From the NCBI GenBank assembly GCA_963785765.1, contig CAWAWM010000009.1, forward strand, positions 46,281 to 110,280: DNA of 64,000 nucleotides, read 5' to 3'. The notes under the pieces are model-generated. The model saw nothing but the letters and a program-made list of their open reading frames with translations, ran no database searches and was not told the DNA's origin. Both the position numbers and the translations under genes were made by a program. Within the stretch, counting starts at the first letter, position 1, and every line of letters starts with the position of its first letter. Shown one piece after another: positions 9,163-18,561 of the stretch. This DNA comes from an uncultured Actinomycetes bacterium. GTDB taxonomy: Bacteria > Actinomycetota > Actinomycetes > Streptosporangiales > Streptosporangiaceae.

Positions 9163-9189
9163 GCGCAGACTTCCGGATCAGGAGGCGCC

Positions 9190-10116
9190 ATGAAGATCGC
9201 AATCACCGGATCGTCCGGCTTGATCGGTGCTGCCTTCGCCGACGCCGTCCGCCGGGACGGCGATGAGGTGATCCGGCTGGTCCGGCGCGCACCGACGGCC
9301 GCTGATGAGATCCGCTGGGATCCGGCGGCGCCCCGCGGCGTCGACCCGACCGCGCTGGCCGGCCTCGACGCCGTCCTCAACCTGGCCGGCGCTCCGATCG
9401 CGGCCAGCCGCTGGACGCCCGCCCGCAAAGCCGAACTCCGGGCCAGCAGGATCCAGGCCACGGCGAGTCTCGTCGCCGCCCTCACCGCGGCGGACCGGCC
9501 GCCCGCCACGCTGCTGTCCGGATCCGCCATCGGCTGGTACTCCGACACCGGCGGCCGCGAGGTGGACGAATCGGCGCCTGCCGGTTCCGGATTCCTGGCC
9601 GATCTGGTCAAGGACTGGGAAGCGGCCGCGGAGCCGGCCCGCGCGGCGGGCATTCGCGTGGTCACCCTGCGCACCGGCATCGTGCTGGCCCGCCAGGGCG
9701 GAATGCTGGCCAGGCTGGCCCCGATGTTCCGGCTCGGGCTCGGCGCCCGGATCGGGCCCGGGACTCAGTACCTCAGCTGGATCGCGCTCACCGATCACAT
9801 CCGTGCGCTGCGGTACCTGCTGGGCAACCCGGCTATCGAAGGCCCGGTCAACCTCACGGCTCCGAATCCGGTCACGAACAACGATTTCACTGCTGCGCTC
9901 GCGAAGGCGCTGGGACGGCCCGCGCTCCTGCGGGCGCCCGCGCCGGTGCTCAGGGCGGCCCTGGGAGAGCTCGCTACTGACCTACTCGCCAGCGCCAGGG
10001 TCGTCCCCCGCGCGCTGGTCACTGCGGGCTTCACCTTCGAGCACGGTCACATCGCCAGCGCGCTGGCCGCGGAACTCCGGCCTGACGGTCATCCAGACAG
10101 CCGTCCCGCGGCCTGA
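9190..10116 (+). CDS. TIGR01777/YfcH-like NAD-dependent epimerase family protein (DUF1731 C-terminus)
   Basis: 308 aa. MKIAITGSSGLIGAAF Rossmann start with AGGAGG RBS. Occupies the position after the E2 gene seen in other actinobacteria. Confidence 0.75.
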   Translation: MKIAITGSSGLIGAAFADAVRRDGDEVIRLVRRAPTAADEIRWDPAAPRGVDPTALAGLDAVLNLAGAPIAASRWTPARKAELRASRIQATASLVAALTAADRPPATLLSGSAIGWYSDTGGREVDESAPAGSGFLADLVKDWEAAAEPARAAGIRVVTLRTGIVLARQGGMLARLAPMFRLGLGARIGPGTQYLSWIALTDHIRALRYLLGNPAIEGPVNLTAPNPVTNNDFTAALAKALGRPALLRAPAPVLRAALGELATDLLASARVVPRALVTAGFTFEHGHIASALAAELRPDGHPDSRPAA

Positions 10117-10800
10117 CGCCTGACCGTTTCCTGAGTTCATCCGCCCGCTCAGGCTCGTGCCGCCGGCCGGGCCGGGCAGGCCGACCCGGGCTGGCCAGCC
10201 GTGGGCGCGCCGCGGGAGCAGGTCACGCAGGTGCGCGTCGGAGCCCATGCCGAGCAGCGGTATCTGCCACAGCGGCGGCACCGGTCCCGGATAGCCCGCC
10301 TGCCGGCTGACGGTCCCGATGGTCAGCCGGAACAGGCGGCGGGCACCAGCGATCGCCAGCGCGGCCAGCGGAAGCTCGATGACCAGCGCCGACAGCAGGC
10401 TCTCCCAGAAGCCACTAGTGTGCGAGTCCAGCACGACATCGAACCAGGCGTCGCAGCACAGCAGGGTGGCGAGCACCACCAGGCAGATGATCAGCACCTG
10501 ACGGCGCCGCCAGGCAGCCCAGCCGGTGGCCACGAATGCCGCAAGCAGGACGATGTCGAAGCCAACCCAGGCGCCGCGCCAGCCTCCGGCCCGGTAGTAG
10601 TGCGGCAGGGTGACCGCCAGCAAGCCCGTCCAGGCCGCCAGCGCGACGCAGCACGTCACGATGAGGGCCAGCGCGACCGTACGCCGCCGCTCGTACCGTG
10701 TAGTTCCGCCCCGGCGCGGCCCGGCCAGGTCGGCCAGCGCCCGCTGGAGCCCGGCTAGTTCCGCTGCGCTGATGCTCCGTAGCTGCACTTCGTCGAACAC
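9982..10800 (-). CDS. Membrane protein of unknown function
   Basis: 272 aa. GTG 10800 is preceded by AGGAGG at 9-nt spacing. At least 4 hydrophobic helices. The low-complexity C-terminal tail overlaps the 3' end of the convergent epimerase gene by 135 nt. Confidence 0.5.
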   Translation of the reverse strand: MFDEVQLRSISAAELAGLQRALADLAGPRRGGTTRYERRRTVALALIVTCCVALAAWTGLLAVTLPHYYRAGGWRGAWVGFDIVLLAAFVATGWAAWRRRQVLIICLVVLATLLCCDAWFDVVLDSHTSGFWESLLSALVIELPLAALAIAGARRLFRLTIGTVSRQAGYPGPVPPLWQIPLLGMGSDAHLRDLLPRRAHGWPARVGLPGPAGGTSLSGRMNSGNGQASGRGTAVWMTVRPEFRGQRAGDVTVLEGEARSDQRAGDDPGAGE

Positions 10801-10939
10801 CAGGCGTCACCTCCTGGAATCGGTAACCACGCTCACTTCGCAGTCATTACCGCGCTGCCGCCAATATCACGGCCTGGTCGGATTTGCTTTCCCCGGCCAG
10901 CGCGGCCGGCCTGGGCAATCAGGCGTTTACGCTGGTCTG

Positions 10940-11659
10940 GTGAGCACTTCCCGAGATGCCGAGCTGATCTTCGTGCGGGCCGGATTCGGGGCTGCGGCGG
11001 TGCCGTACGCCCAGGCCTGGGATGAGCAGCGGCTGCTGCACGAACGACGGGTGAGCGGCGCGATCCCCGACTGCTGCCTGCTCCTGGAACACCAGCCCGT
11101 CTACACCGCTGGTAAACGGACCAGCCCGGTGGACCGGCCGGTCGGTGACCCCGGAGCGCCCGTGATCGAGGTGGACCGGGGGGGGAAGATCACCTGGCAC
11201 GGCCCTGGGCAGCTGGTGGGATACCCGATTGTCCGGCTGGGCGAGCCCATCGACGTTATTGCCTACGTCAGGGCCATCGAGGAGGCCCTGATCAGGGCCT
11301 GCGCTGACCTCGGCGTCGAGGCCACCAGGGTGGCGGGGCGCAGCGGAGCCTGGGTCCGCGGGGCGGTAGACCGCAAGGTCGGCGCGATCGGCATCCGCAT
11401 TGCCGGGGGCGTGACCATGCACGGCTTCGCGCTGAACTGTGACTGCGACCTGTCCTGGTTCGACCGGATCGTGCCCTGCGGCATCAGCGACGCCACCGTC
11501 ACCACCCTGTCGGCCGAGGCCCGGCCGATCAGCGTCGCTGCCGCCCTGGACGTGATCCAGCCCCATGTCGCCGAGGCGCTCGGTGCCCGGCGCTGGCGCA
11601 GCATCGCCGGCACTGCCGAGCTCATGCCGCTCACGGCCACCCGAAGCGCGGGCGCCTGA
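10940..11659 (+). CDS. lipB: Octanoyl/lipoyl transferase
   Basis: The ORF opens at 10610. GTG 10940 gives a protein of ordinary LipB length. Motifs LLLEHQPVYTAGKR, RGGKITWHGPGQLVGYPI, KVGAIGIRI. Confidence 0.85.
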   Translation: MSTSRDAELIFVRAGFGAAAVPYAQAWDEQRLLHERRVSGAIPDCCLLLEHQPVYTAGKRTSPVDRPVGDPGAPVIEVDRGGKITWHGPGQLVGYPIVRLGEPIDVIAYVRAIEEALIRACADLGVEATRVAGRSGAWVRGAVDRKVGAIGIRIAGGVTMHGFALNCDCDLSWFDRIVPCGISDATVTTLSAEARPISVAAALDVIQPHVAEALGARRWRSIAGTAELMPLTATRSAGA

Positions 11660-11703
11660 CGCTCCCGCGCCCGAGCTCAGCGCCCAAACTCCGCGCCTGG
11701 CCG

Positions 11704-11740
11704 CGCGGTCTATCAGCCGCGGGCCGGCTGATAGACCGCG
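11704..11740. terminator. 16-bp perfect inverted repeat (CGCGGTCTATCAGCCG / CGGCTGATAGACCGCG, 5-nt loop) between convergent lipB and NUDIX genes
   Basis: Read directly. The right arm and loop contain the last codons and stop of the NUDIX gene. Candidate bidirectional terminator. Confidence 0.5.
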
Positions 11741-12195
11741 ACGCCCGCCGCCCGCCCGGCCAGTGCGGCGCGAACCCGGGCCTCAACGTGCGGCGGTAGG
11801 TAGCTCGCGAATTCCGCCGGATCGGTGAACCGGAAATCGTCCAGCTCCTCGCGCTGCAGGACGATGCCGGAGCCGCCGTCCAGCGTCCCGCCATCGAACA
11901 AGAAGTGCATGATCGGCCGCTGCTGGCGGCCGAACGGCTGCGACCAGTCAATCGCCAGCAGCGGCCCGGGCACCAGATCCAGGCCGATCTCCTCGGCAAT
12001 CTCCCTGGCACAGCCCGCGTGCGGCGGCTCACCGTGCTCGCAGATGCCGCCCGGCACCGTCCAGTGGTCCCGGTAGTTCGGCTTGACCAGCAGCGTGCGC
12101 CCGGGCGGATCGGTGATCAGTGCGCCGGCGGCCAGGACGACGCCTGGCAGTTGCGCGAACCAGAGGTCAGGCTCGAGGTAATCGCTGCTGGTCAT
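11713..12195 (-). CDS. NUDIX hydrolase
   Basis: 160 aa. Nudix box GGICEHGEPPHAGCAREIAEEIGL. Confidence 0.8.
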   Translation of the reverse strand: MTSSDYLEPDLWFAQLPGVVLAAGALITDPPGRTLLVKPNYRDHWTVPGGICEHGEPPHAGCAREIAEEIGLDLVPGPLLAIDWSQPFGRQQRPIMHFLFDGGTLDGGSGIVLQREELDDFRFTDPAEFASYLPPHVEARVRAALAGRAAGVAVYQPARG

Positions 12196-12206
12196 CGCCC
12201 GCGGCC

Positions 12207-13520
12207 TCAGCCCGCAGCCAGCCGGGCCAGGTAACCGCCCAGGTCACCTGCCGCGACCGCGGTCTGCTCGCCGCTGACCATGTCGCGCACCGTCACGGTG
12301 CCGGCGTCGGCCTCGGCGCTGCCGTAAATCAGGCTCCAGCGGGCCCCCTGGTCACTGGCCCATCGAAGCTGCCTGCCCAGCTTGGCGGACTGACCCAGGT
12401 AGACGCCTGCCCGCAGGCCCGCGGTCCGCGCCACGGCCGCCCAGCCCGACGACTGCTCGGCGAGCGCCTCGTCCATCACCGTGACCGCCACATCCAGGCG
12501 TCCCTGTCGCGCTTTCTCGTCATCGGGAAGCATCAGCAACAGCCGCTCGATGCCCAGCGAACCGCCGGTCGCGGGCACGTCCGGGCCGCCCAGCTGCTCG
12601 ATCAGATGGTCGTAGCGGCCGCCTCCGGCCAGCGAACCTGGGACACCAGGCGCGGTGACTTCCCAGATCGGGCCGGTGTAATAGCTCAGCCCGCGCACCA
12701 TACGCGGCGAGAAGGCGATCCGGTCAGCCGGAACCGCCTGCGCCGCCAGGCCAAGCAGCCGGTCAACCTCGTCCAGGCCTGCCATCCCGCGATCGCTCAG
12801 CTTCAGCGCCAGCCGGACCCGCTCCACCGCGTCCGGACCGGCCATGGCCTGAACGAGCTCGGCGGCCGACTCGGTCGGCAGGCCCCGGTCCGCGAGTTCC
12901 GCCGTGACCGCCTCAGGACGCAACTTGTCCAGCTTGTCCAGGGTGATCAGCACCCCGGGACCCAGGTCCTCTGCCACCCCGAATGCCTCAAGCAGCCCGG
13001 CCAGCACCTGGCGTGAATTGAGCTGGATGCGGAACTCGCCGATGCCCAGGGCGGCCAGCACATCGTGGACCGCGGTGATGATCTCGGCATCGGCCAGCAG
13101 CGAACGCGAGCCGAGCGTGTCGACGTCGCACTGGACAAACTCGCGGTACCTGCCCTTGCCCGGCCGGTCGGCCCGCCAGACCGGACCCATCGCGTAGCGC
13201 TTGTAGGGCGCGGGCAGCTGGCTTCCGTAGGCGGCGGCCACCCGGGCCAGCGGCACGGTCAGGTCATAACGCAGCGCCAGGTCAGCCTCGCCGGACGCCT
13301 CATGCTCGCCGCGACGCAAGATCTTGAAGATCAGCTTGTCGCCATCGTCGCCGTACTTGCCGAGCAGCACCTCCAATCGCTCGAAGGCCGGTGTCTGCAG
13401 CGGTTCGAAACCGTAGCTGGCGAAGACGGTCCGGATCACGGCGAAGGCCCGCTCCCGCCGTTCAAATTCCGCGGCCAGAAAATCGCGCGTCCCTGACGGC
13501 GGGTCAAACTGGGTTGGCAT
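12207..13520 (-). CDS. hisS: Histidine--tRNA ligase, archaeal/eukaryote-like sequence type
   Basis: Motifs PSGTRDFL, LRYDLTVPLAR, RPGKGRYREFVQCDVD (motif 2), GGGRYDHL, GGSLGIERL (motif 3), plus a C-terminal anticodon-binding-like domain. Start is ambiguous (GTG 13547, ATG 13529, ATG 13520). Confidence 0.8.
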   Translation of the reverse strand: MPTQFDPPSGTRDFLAAEFERRERAFAVIRTVFASYGFEPLQTPAFERLEVLLGKYGDDGDKLIFKILRRGEHEASGEADLALRYDLTVPLARVAAAYGSQLPAPYKRYAMGPVWRADRPGKGRYREFVQCDVDTLGSRSLLADAEIITAVHDVLAALGIGEFRIQLNSRQVLAGLLEAFGVAEDLGPGVLITLDKLDKLRPEAVTAELADRGLPTESAAELVQAMAGPDAVERVRLALKLSDRGMAGLDEVDRLLGLAAQAVPADRIAFSPRMVRGLSYYTGPIWEVTAPGVPGSLAGGGRYDHLIEQLGGPDVPATGGSLGIERLLLMLPDDEKARQGRLDVAVTVMDEALAEQSSGWAAVARTAGLRAGVYLGQSAKLGRQLRWASDQGARWSLIYGSAEADAGTVTVRDMVSGEQTAVAAGDLGGYLARLAAG

Positions 13521-13561
13521 GCGCCCCATGTTCCCCGAATTTGGCACTGCGCGTCACATCG

Positions 13562-14422
13562 TTATGCACCTGGGCGTGTCCTGCGAGCCCGGCTCAGGGG
13601 CTTTCTGGCCACACCGCCCCACATCGCCGCCGGGCTGGCCGCCTCCACATCGGTGGCCGGCCGCCAGTGCTGCACGGCTGTCACCCCGGGATCGACCAGT
13701 TCCAGTCCGTCGAAGAACTTCGTGACCTCGGCATGGCTCCGGTAGGTGCCCTTCTGGGCCACCATCAGGTTGAGCCGCCTCGCCACCTCGGCCATCGCCG
13801 CGGGCGCAATATCGGATGCGACGTGCGACAGCGCGAGGTAACTCCCCGGCGCAGCGGCCGCCAGCAGCCGCCTGATGATGTGGTGCGGGTGATCCTCATC
13901 GCCGACCAGGTGCAGCACGGCGATCAGCATGACGGCCACCGGCCTGGAAAAGTCCAGCAGCTCCGCCGCGCCGGCCAGCACCTTGTCGGTATCGCGCAGA
14001 TCCGCGTCGACGTAAGCAGTCGCGCCCTCGGGTCCGCTGGTCAATAACGCTCGGGCATGCGTCAGCACGATCGGGTCGTTGTCCACGTAGACGACCCGGC
14101 TGGAGGGAGCGACGGACTGCGCCACCTCGTGGGTGTTGCTGGCCGTCGGAATGCCCGTGCCGATGTCGAGGAACTGCCTGATGCCGGCCTCGTCGGCCAG
14201 ATAACGCACGACGCGGACCAGGAACCGCCGGTTGGCGCGGACCGAGGAAATCAGGTCGGGATAGGCGTCCAGGGCCTGATTCGCGGCCTCCCGGTCGGCT
14301 GCGAAGTTGTCCTTGCCGCCCAGCCAGTAGTCATACACCCGGGCAATATGGGCAACGCTAGTGTCGAAAGGGATCGGCCCGTCCTCGTGCGGAGGGGCCG
14401 CACCCGGCCAACTGTCTGACAC
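13562..14422 (-). CDS. SAM-dependent methyltransferase (DUF574 / Methyltransf_19-like)
   Basis: The ORF opens at 14713 and would run into lipA. GTG 14422 gives 286 aa. Signature [19 protein letters not shown] ... FLDIGTGIP ... VVYVDNDP. Confidence 0.75.
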   Translation of the reverse strand: MSDSWPGAAPPHEDGPIPFDTSVAHIARVYDYWLGGKDNFAADREAANQALDAYPDLISSVRANRRFLVRVVRYLADEAGIRQFLDIGTGIPTASNTHEVAQSVAPSSRVVYVDNDPIVLTHARALLTSGPEGATAYVDADLRDTDKVLAGAAELLDFSRPVAVMLIAVLHLVGDEDHPHHIIRRLLAAAAPGSYLALSHVASDIAPAAMAEVARRLNLMVAQKGTYRSHAEVTKFFDGLELVDPGVTAVQHWRPATDVEAASPAAMWGGVARKPLSRARRTRPGA

Positions 14423-14557
14423 TGGCCCGCCTTCCACGCGGCGCGGCGGTCGGCTCCCCTGAGTCCCCTGGCCCGGATGTCTGCAGCGTCCCTCAGATGG
14501 GATTGCAGCGCAAGCAGCCCGTTTCGATGCCAGGCCGACCGGACGTACCCTGGAGCA

Positions 14558-15487
14558 GTGGTACTCGCTCCCGGCGAACGCCGTCTCCTCAGGCTTGAAG
14601 CCCGCAACAGCCAGACGCCCATCGAGCGCAAACCTGCCTGGATCAAGACGCGGCTGCGCACCGGGCCTGAATACACCCAGCTGAAGCAGCTGGTGCGGCG
14701 TGAGGGCCTGCACACGGTCTGCGAGGAAGCCGGATGCCCGAACATCTTCGAGTGCTGGGAGGACCGCGAGGCGACCTTCCTCATCGGCGGCGACCAGTGC
14801 ACGCGGCGCTGTGACTTCTGCCAGATCGCGACCGGCAAGCCGGGCCCGCTCGACCGTGATGAGCCCCGCCGGGTCGCCGAGTCAGTGGCGGCCATGGGGC
14901 TGCGGTACGCGACGGTCACCGGGGTTGCCCGTGATGACCTGGCCGATGGCGGCGCGTGGCTGTACGGGCAGACCTGCCGCGAGATCCATCGGGCCGTGCC
15001 TGGCTGCGGCGTCGAGCTGCTGATTCCGGACTTCAATGCCGATCGCGAGCAGCTCGCTGAGGTCTTCGCGGCCAGCCCCGAGGTGCTCGGGCACAATATC
15101 GAGACAGTGCCCAGGATCTTCCGGCGGATCAGGCCGGGATTCCGGTACGAACGATCCCTCGAGGTGCTCCGGCTGGCCAGGGGGGCCGGGCTGGTCACCA
15201 AGTCCAACCTCATCCTGGGCATGGGCGAGGAGCGGCCGGAGATCAGCGCGGCCCTGGCGGACCTGCGGGCGGCCGGCTGCGAGCTGCTGACGATCACCCA
15301 GTATCTGCGTCCGTCGCCGCGGCACCACCCGGTCGACCGCTGGCTGCCGCCCGCGGAGTTCGAGGAGCTGGCCGCCGAGGCCAGCGAGCTGGGCTTCGCG
15401 GGTGTGATGGCGGGCCCGCTGGTGCGCTCGTCGTACCGGGCGGGCCGGTTGTACCGGCAGGCGATGGATCGTCGCGCAGTGGGCTGA
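14558..15487 (+). CDS. lipA: Lipoyl synthase (radical SAM)
   Basis: [13 protein letters not shown] and [10 protein letters not shown] cluster motifs. GTG 14558 gives the same 7-residue lead before RRLLRLE as I recall for mycobacterial LipA. Confidence 0.9.
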   Translation: MVLAPGERRLLRLEARNSQTPIERKPAWIKTRLRTGPEYTQLKQLVRREGLHTVCEEAGCPNIFECWEDREATFLIGGDQCTRRCDFCQIATGKPGPLDRDEPRRVAESVAAMGLRYATVTGVARDDLADGGAWLYGQTCREIHRAVPGCGVELLIPDFNADREQLAEVFAASPEVLGHNIETVPRIFRRIRPGFRYERSLEVLRLARGAGLVTKSNLILGMGEERPEISAALADLRAAGCELLTITQYLRPSPRHHPVDRWLPPAEFEELAAEASELGFAGVMAGPLVRSSYRAGRLYRQAMDRRAVG

Positions 15488-15555
15488 CGCGATGACAGCC
15501 CCCGGTTGACGGGGGGATTTCGCGCAGCGGTCCCGGTACTCGTATCCTCACGTGC

Positions 15556-16272
15556 ATGGTGAACAAGCCCGGAGCCCCCGCGGGCCGGAAGGCCGCAGCA
15601 GACGCTGACTCCCCCGGACGTATTAAGCAAATCCGCATGGTCGCCGGGATTGTCCACAAGACCAACCCGAAAGCGCTGCCGATCGTGGCCGCCACCGGGA
15701 TCGGGATCGTGATCCTCGCGGTGATCCTCGGCCTGGTGCTCGGGCTGCTGCCGTTCCTGGTCCCGCTGGGGGTCCTGATCGGGCTGTCCGCCGCCATGAT
15801 CCTCTTTGGCCGGTTCGCCCAGTCGGCGCAGTACGCGGCGATTGCCGGGCAACCGGGCGCGGCGGCGGCAATCCTGCAGAGCATGCGCGGCAACTGGACC
15901 GTCACGCCCGCGATTTCAGCCAACCGGAACATGGACGTGGTGCACCGTACGGTGGGCAAGCCCGGGGTGATCCTGGTTGGCGAGGGCTCGCCGACCCGGC
16001 TGCCGAGCATGCTGGCCGCCGAGAAGAAGCGGATCGCGCGCGTCGCCTATGACGTCCCGATCTATGACATCCAGGTCGGTGACGAGACCGGGCAGGTGCC
16101 GATCCGCAAGCTGCAGCGGCACATCATGAAGCTGCCCCGCAACCTGAAGCCGGCGGCTGTTACCGACCTGAACTACCGCCTGAAGGCGCTGCCGCAGTCG
16201 ATGCAGATGCCGAAGGGCCCGCTGCCGAAGACCGGCCGGATGCCGAAGGCGCCCCGGCCGAAGTTCCGCTGA
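15556..16272 (+). CDS. DUF4191 membrane protein (conserved lipA-glnA spacer gene)
   Basis: 238 aa. Basic N-terminus followed by two TM helices. Syntenic position after lipA. Confidence 0.75.
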   Translation: MVNKPGAPAGRKAAADADSPGRIKQIRMVAGIVHKTNPKALPIVAATGIGIVILAVILGLVLGLLPFLVPLGVLIGLSAAMILFGRFAQSAQYAAIAGQPGAAAAILQSMRGNWTVTPAISANRNMDVVHRTVGKPGVILVGEGSPTRLPSMLAAEKKRIARVAYDVPIYDIQVGDETGQVPIRKLQRHIMKLPRNLKPAAVTDLNYRLKALPQSMQMPKGPLPKTGRMPKAPRPKFR

Positions 16273-16290
16273 CCAGCGGTCGCTCGCAGT

Positions 16291-17244
16291 TCAGCCCCAC
16301 TCGCCCGCTCCAGCCCGCTCGCGCAGCCAGCCGCCGATCAGGTAGCTCTCGATCGAGTCACAGCGGGCTGGATGCCGCGCCAGCATGGCGGACACCTCCG
16401 CCCGGGTGAACCAGCGTGCCTCGTCGAGTTCGGCACGATCCACCACAATCGCCTCGCTGACCGCGCGGGCCCGGAAGCCGATCATGAGCCCGGCCGGAAA
16501 CGGCCACGCCTGAGATGCCTGGTAGCTGACTTCGCCGAGCAGGAGTCCGGTCTCCTCGGCGACCTCCCTGCGAACTGCGTCTTCGAGGCCTTCACCAATC
16601 TCGACGAAGCCTGCCAGCGTGGCGAACGCGCCGGGCGCGGCGCCGCGGTGCCTGGCGAGCACGCAGCGGGCCGGCGGCCCCGGCGCCTCGACGAGCGCGA
16701 TCACGGCCGGCTCGATCCGCGGAAAGAGCAGCCGGCCGCAGTCCGCGCCGGTGCAGCGCCGCTGCGTCCCGCCACTGCAACTGGCCGCCAGCTGCCCGCA
16801 GGCGCCGCAATAACGCTGATCACGGTGCCAGCGCAGGATGCCCCGCGCGTATCCGAGCGTCGCCGCCTGCTGCGGGTCCAGCGATGCGAACATGGCTCGC
16901 ACGTCGATGACATCGGCCGCCCCGGTCAGCCGGATGGCATCGGCACGCTGCAGCGGGGACAGGTCCACGGCGAATACCCCGGCCCCGCCCGCCAGCCCGA
17001 GCAGCACCGGCTCCGCTGCGACCGCCAGCACGGCCACCGCGGCGGGCCCGGCCAGGATCGCGGGCTGGTGTCCGGCGCCAGGCGTACCTTGCACTAGGCA
17101 GTTATCCCACCAGAACGGGATCAGCCGGGCACTCGGGCGGTCCAGGACGCTCTGCACCCACGCGGGGTCCCCGCGCTGGCCCGCCGCCCGATCCAGGGCC
17201 AGGCCGTTATAGGCGAGCCCGGGCCCGCCTTGATCACCGCGCAC
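16291..17244 (-). CDS. nudC: NAD(+) diphosphatase (NADH pyrophosphatase), NUDIX with zinc ribbon
   Basis: 317 aa. CGACG...C..C..CG zinc-ribbon cysteines followed by Nudix box GFVEIGEGLEDAVRREVAEETG. GTG start overlaps the stop of the Lrp gene by 11 nt. Confidence 0.8.
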   Translation of the reverse strand: MRGDQGGPGLAYNGLALDRAAGQRGDPAWVQSVLDRPSARLIPFWWDNCLVQGTPGAGHQPAILAGPAAVAVLAVAAEPVLLGLAGGAGVFAVDLSPLQRADAIRLTGAADVIDVRAMFASLDPQQAATLGYARGILRWHRDQRYCGACGQLAASCSGGTQRRCTGADCGRLLFPRIEPAVIALVEAPGPPARCVLARHRGAAPGAFATLAGFVEIGEGLEDAVRREVAEETGLLLGEVSYQASQAWPFPAGLMIGFRARAVSEAIVVDRAELDEARWFTRAEVSAMLARHPARCDSIESYLIGGWLRERAGAGEWG

Positions 17245-17800
17245 GCTGGTCGGCCGTCGCGGGCTCAGCCCGCCGCCCCGGCTGTCCGGCCGGCTCGGCC
17301 TGCCCTGCTGGCTCGGCCTGCCCGGCCCTCCAGGCAGGCTCGGCCGGCTCTGCCTGCCCCGCGGGATCGGTCGGGCGCTCGAAGAACGTCTCCAGCACCA
17401 CGATCGCCTCGGTGCTGGCCACGCCGTCGACCGTGAAGATCCGCCGCAAGATGCCCTGCAGGCCGGCCGTGCTGGTCGTCCTGACCTTCAGCAGCAGGGT
17501 CGCGCTCCCGGCGACGACGTGCGCCTCCTGCACCTCGGGGAGCGCGGCCAGAGCGTCCCGGGTGCGCTGATCACCCATCCAGGCGCTGGCCCGCACCATG
17601 ACGAACGCCAGCACGCCGCGGCCCACAGCCGCCGGATCGACCTCGATCGTGGTGCGCAGGATCACCCCCCGCTCCCTGAGCTTGCGCACCCGCTCGTGCG
17701 CTGCGCCAGGTGACAGGCCGACGGCCCGGCCGAGAGCCGCGTAAGGCTGCGACGCGTCGCGCTGCAGCAAGGCCAGCAGCTCTCTATCAAGATCGTCCAC
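17234..17800 (-). CDS. Lrp/AsnC-family transcriptional regulator
   Basis: HTH (LDRELLALLQRDASQPYAALGRAVGLSPGAAHERVRKL) plus an RAM domain. The ORF track starts at TTG 17818; I prefer GTG 17800. C-terminal AGQAEP repeats. Confidence 0.8.
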   Translation of the reverse strand: MDDLDRELLALLQRDASQPYAALGRAVGLSPGAAHERVRKLRERGVILRTTIEVDPAAVGRGVLAFVMVRASAWMGDQRTRDALAALPEVQEAHVVAGSATLLLKVRTTSTAGLQGILRRIFTVDGVASTEAIVVLETFFERPTDPAGQAEPAEPAWRAGQAEPAGQAEPAGQPGRRAEPATADQRAR

Positions 17801-17928
17801 GTATTGCCCCAGACACAAGACCAGATCTGGCTATATCAGTCCCTAACCATATCTCGTCTGGCTGCTGGGCCGTGTCACAGAGAAACCAATCGCGGCGATA
17901 GCGCAGCGCTGCGGACTCCGGGCCCGCT

Positions 17929-18366
17929 TCAGATCCGCAGTACGATCGTGTTGGCCGCCTTGTCATGCAGCCCCCGCAGGTCGGCGTCGAAGATGACCGC
18001 CGGCACCACCACGAGCAGCAGGAGCGTACGGACGAACGACCAGATCAGGCCGACGGGCTTGCCGTCGAGGCGAATTACCCGCAGTCCGAGCAGCCGTTTG
18101 CCGACGGTGAAGCCGGTCAGCGCCGTCAGCAGCCACACCTCGACGCCGAAGATCGCGATGGTCCAGAACTGGGAGTGGAACGCAGCGAGCGCGATCACCG
18201 TGCACAACAGCCAGTCGATGACCAGCGCGCCCAGGCGTCGGCCGATTCCGGACACCGAGCCCGAGCCGGACTCCGGCAGCCCCAGCTGCTGACCGGGATA
18301 CTCGCTGTCCTGCGCGGGCGAGCGCGCCCCCGACAGCCACGACCCGGTCCATCGTCGGTCAGTCAC
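17929..18366 (-). CDS. RDD-family membrane protein
   Basis: 145 aa. GRRLGALVIDWLL motif and three hydrophobic segments. Conserved position upstream of glnA. Confidence 0.75.
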   Translation of the reverse strand: MTDRRWTGSWLSGARSPAQDSEYPGQQLGLPESGSGSVSGIGRRLGALVIDWLLCTVIALAAFHSQFWTIAIFGVEVWLLTALTGFTVGKRLLGLRVIRLDGKPVGLIWSFVRTLLLLVVVPAVIFDADLRGLHDKAANTIVLRI

Positions 18367-18523
18367 GAACTAAAGGTATCCGGGCCTGAGCGCCGGAGCG
18401 ACCGGCACCAGGGCGGGCGGGGCAGGAAGCCTGGCCGGCGCGGCCCAGGCGGCTGACGGGCACGCAACATGGCCGCGCAGCGCGGCGGCGCAACGGGAGC
18501 CTGGCGGGAGCCCCGAGCCCGGC

Positions 18524-18561
18524 TTAACACGGGCGAAACACTGGGGACACGGGTCGGAAAC
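18524..18561 (+). promoter_or_regulatory. GlnR box (a-n6-b-n6-a-n6-b): TTAAC-acgggc-GAAAC-actggg-GACAC-gggtcg-GAAAC
   Basis: Read directly, 76 nt upstream of the glnA ATG. Matches the published actinomycete GlnR consensus gTnAc-n6-GaAAc-n6-GtnAC-n6-GAAAc in spacing and in both b-sites. Confidence 0.6.
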
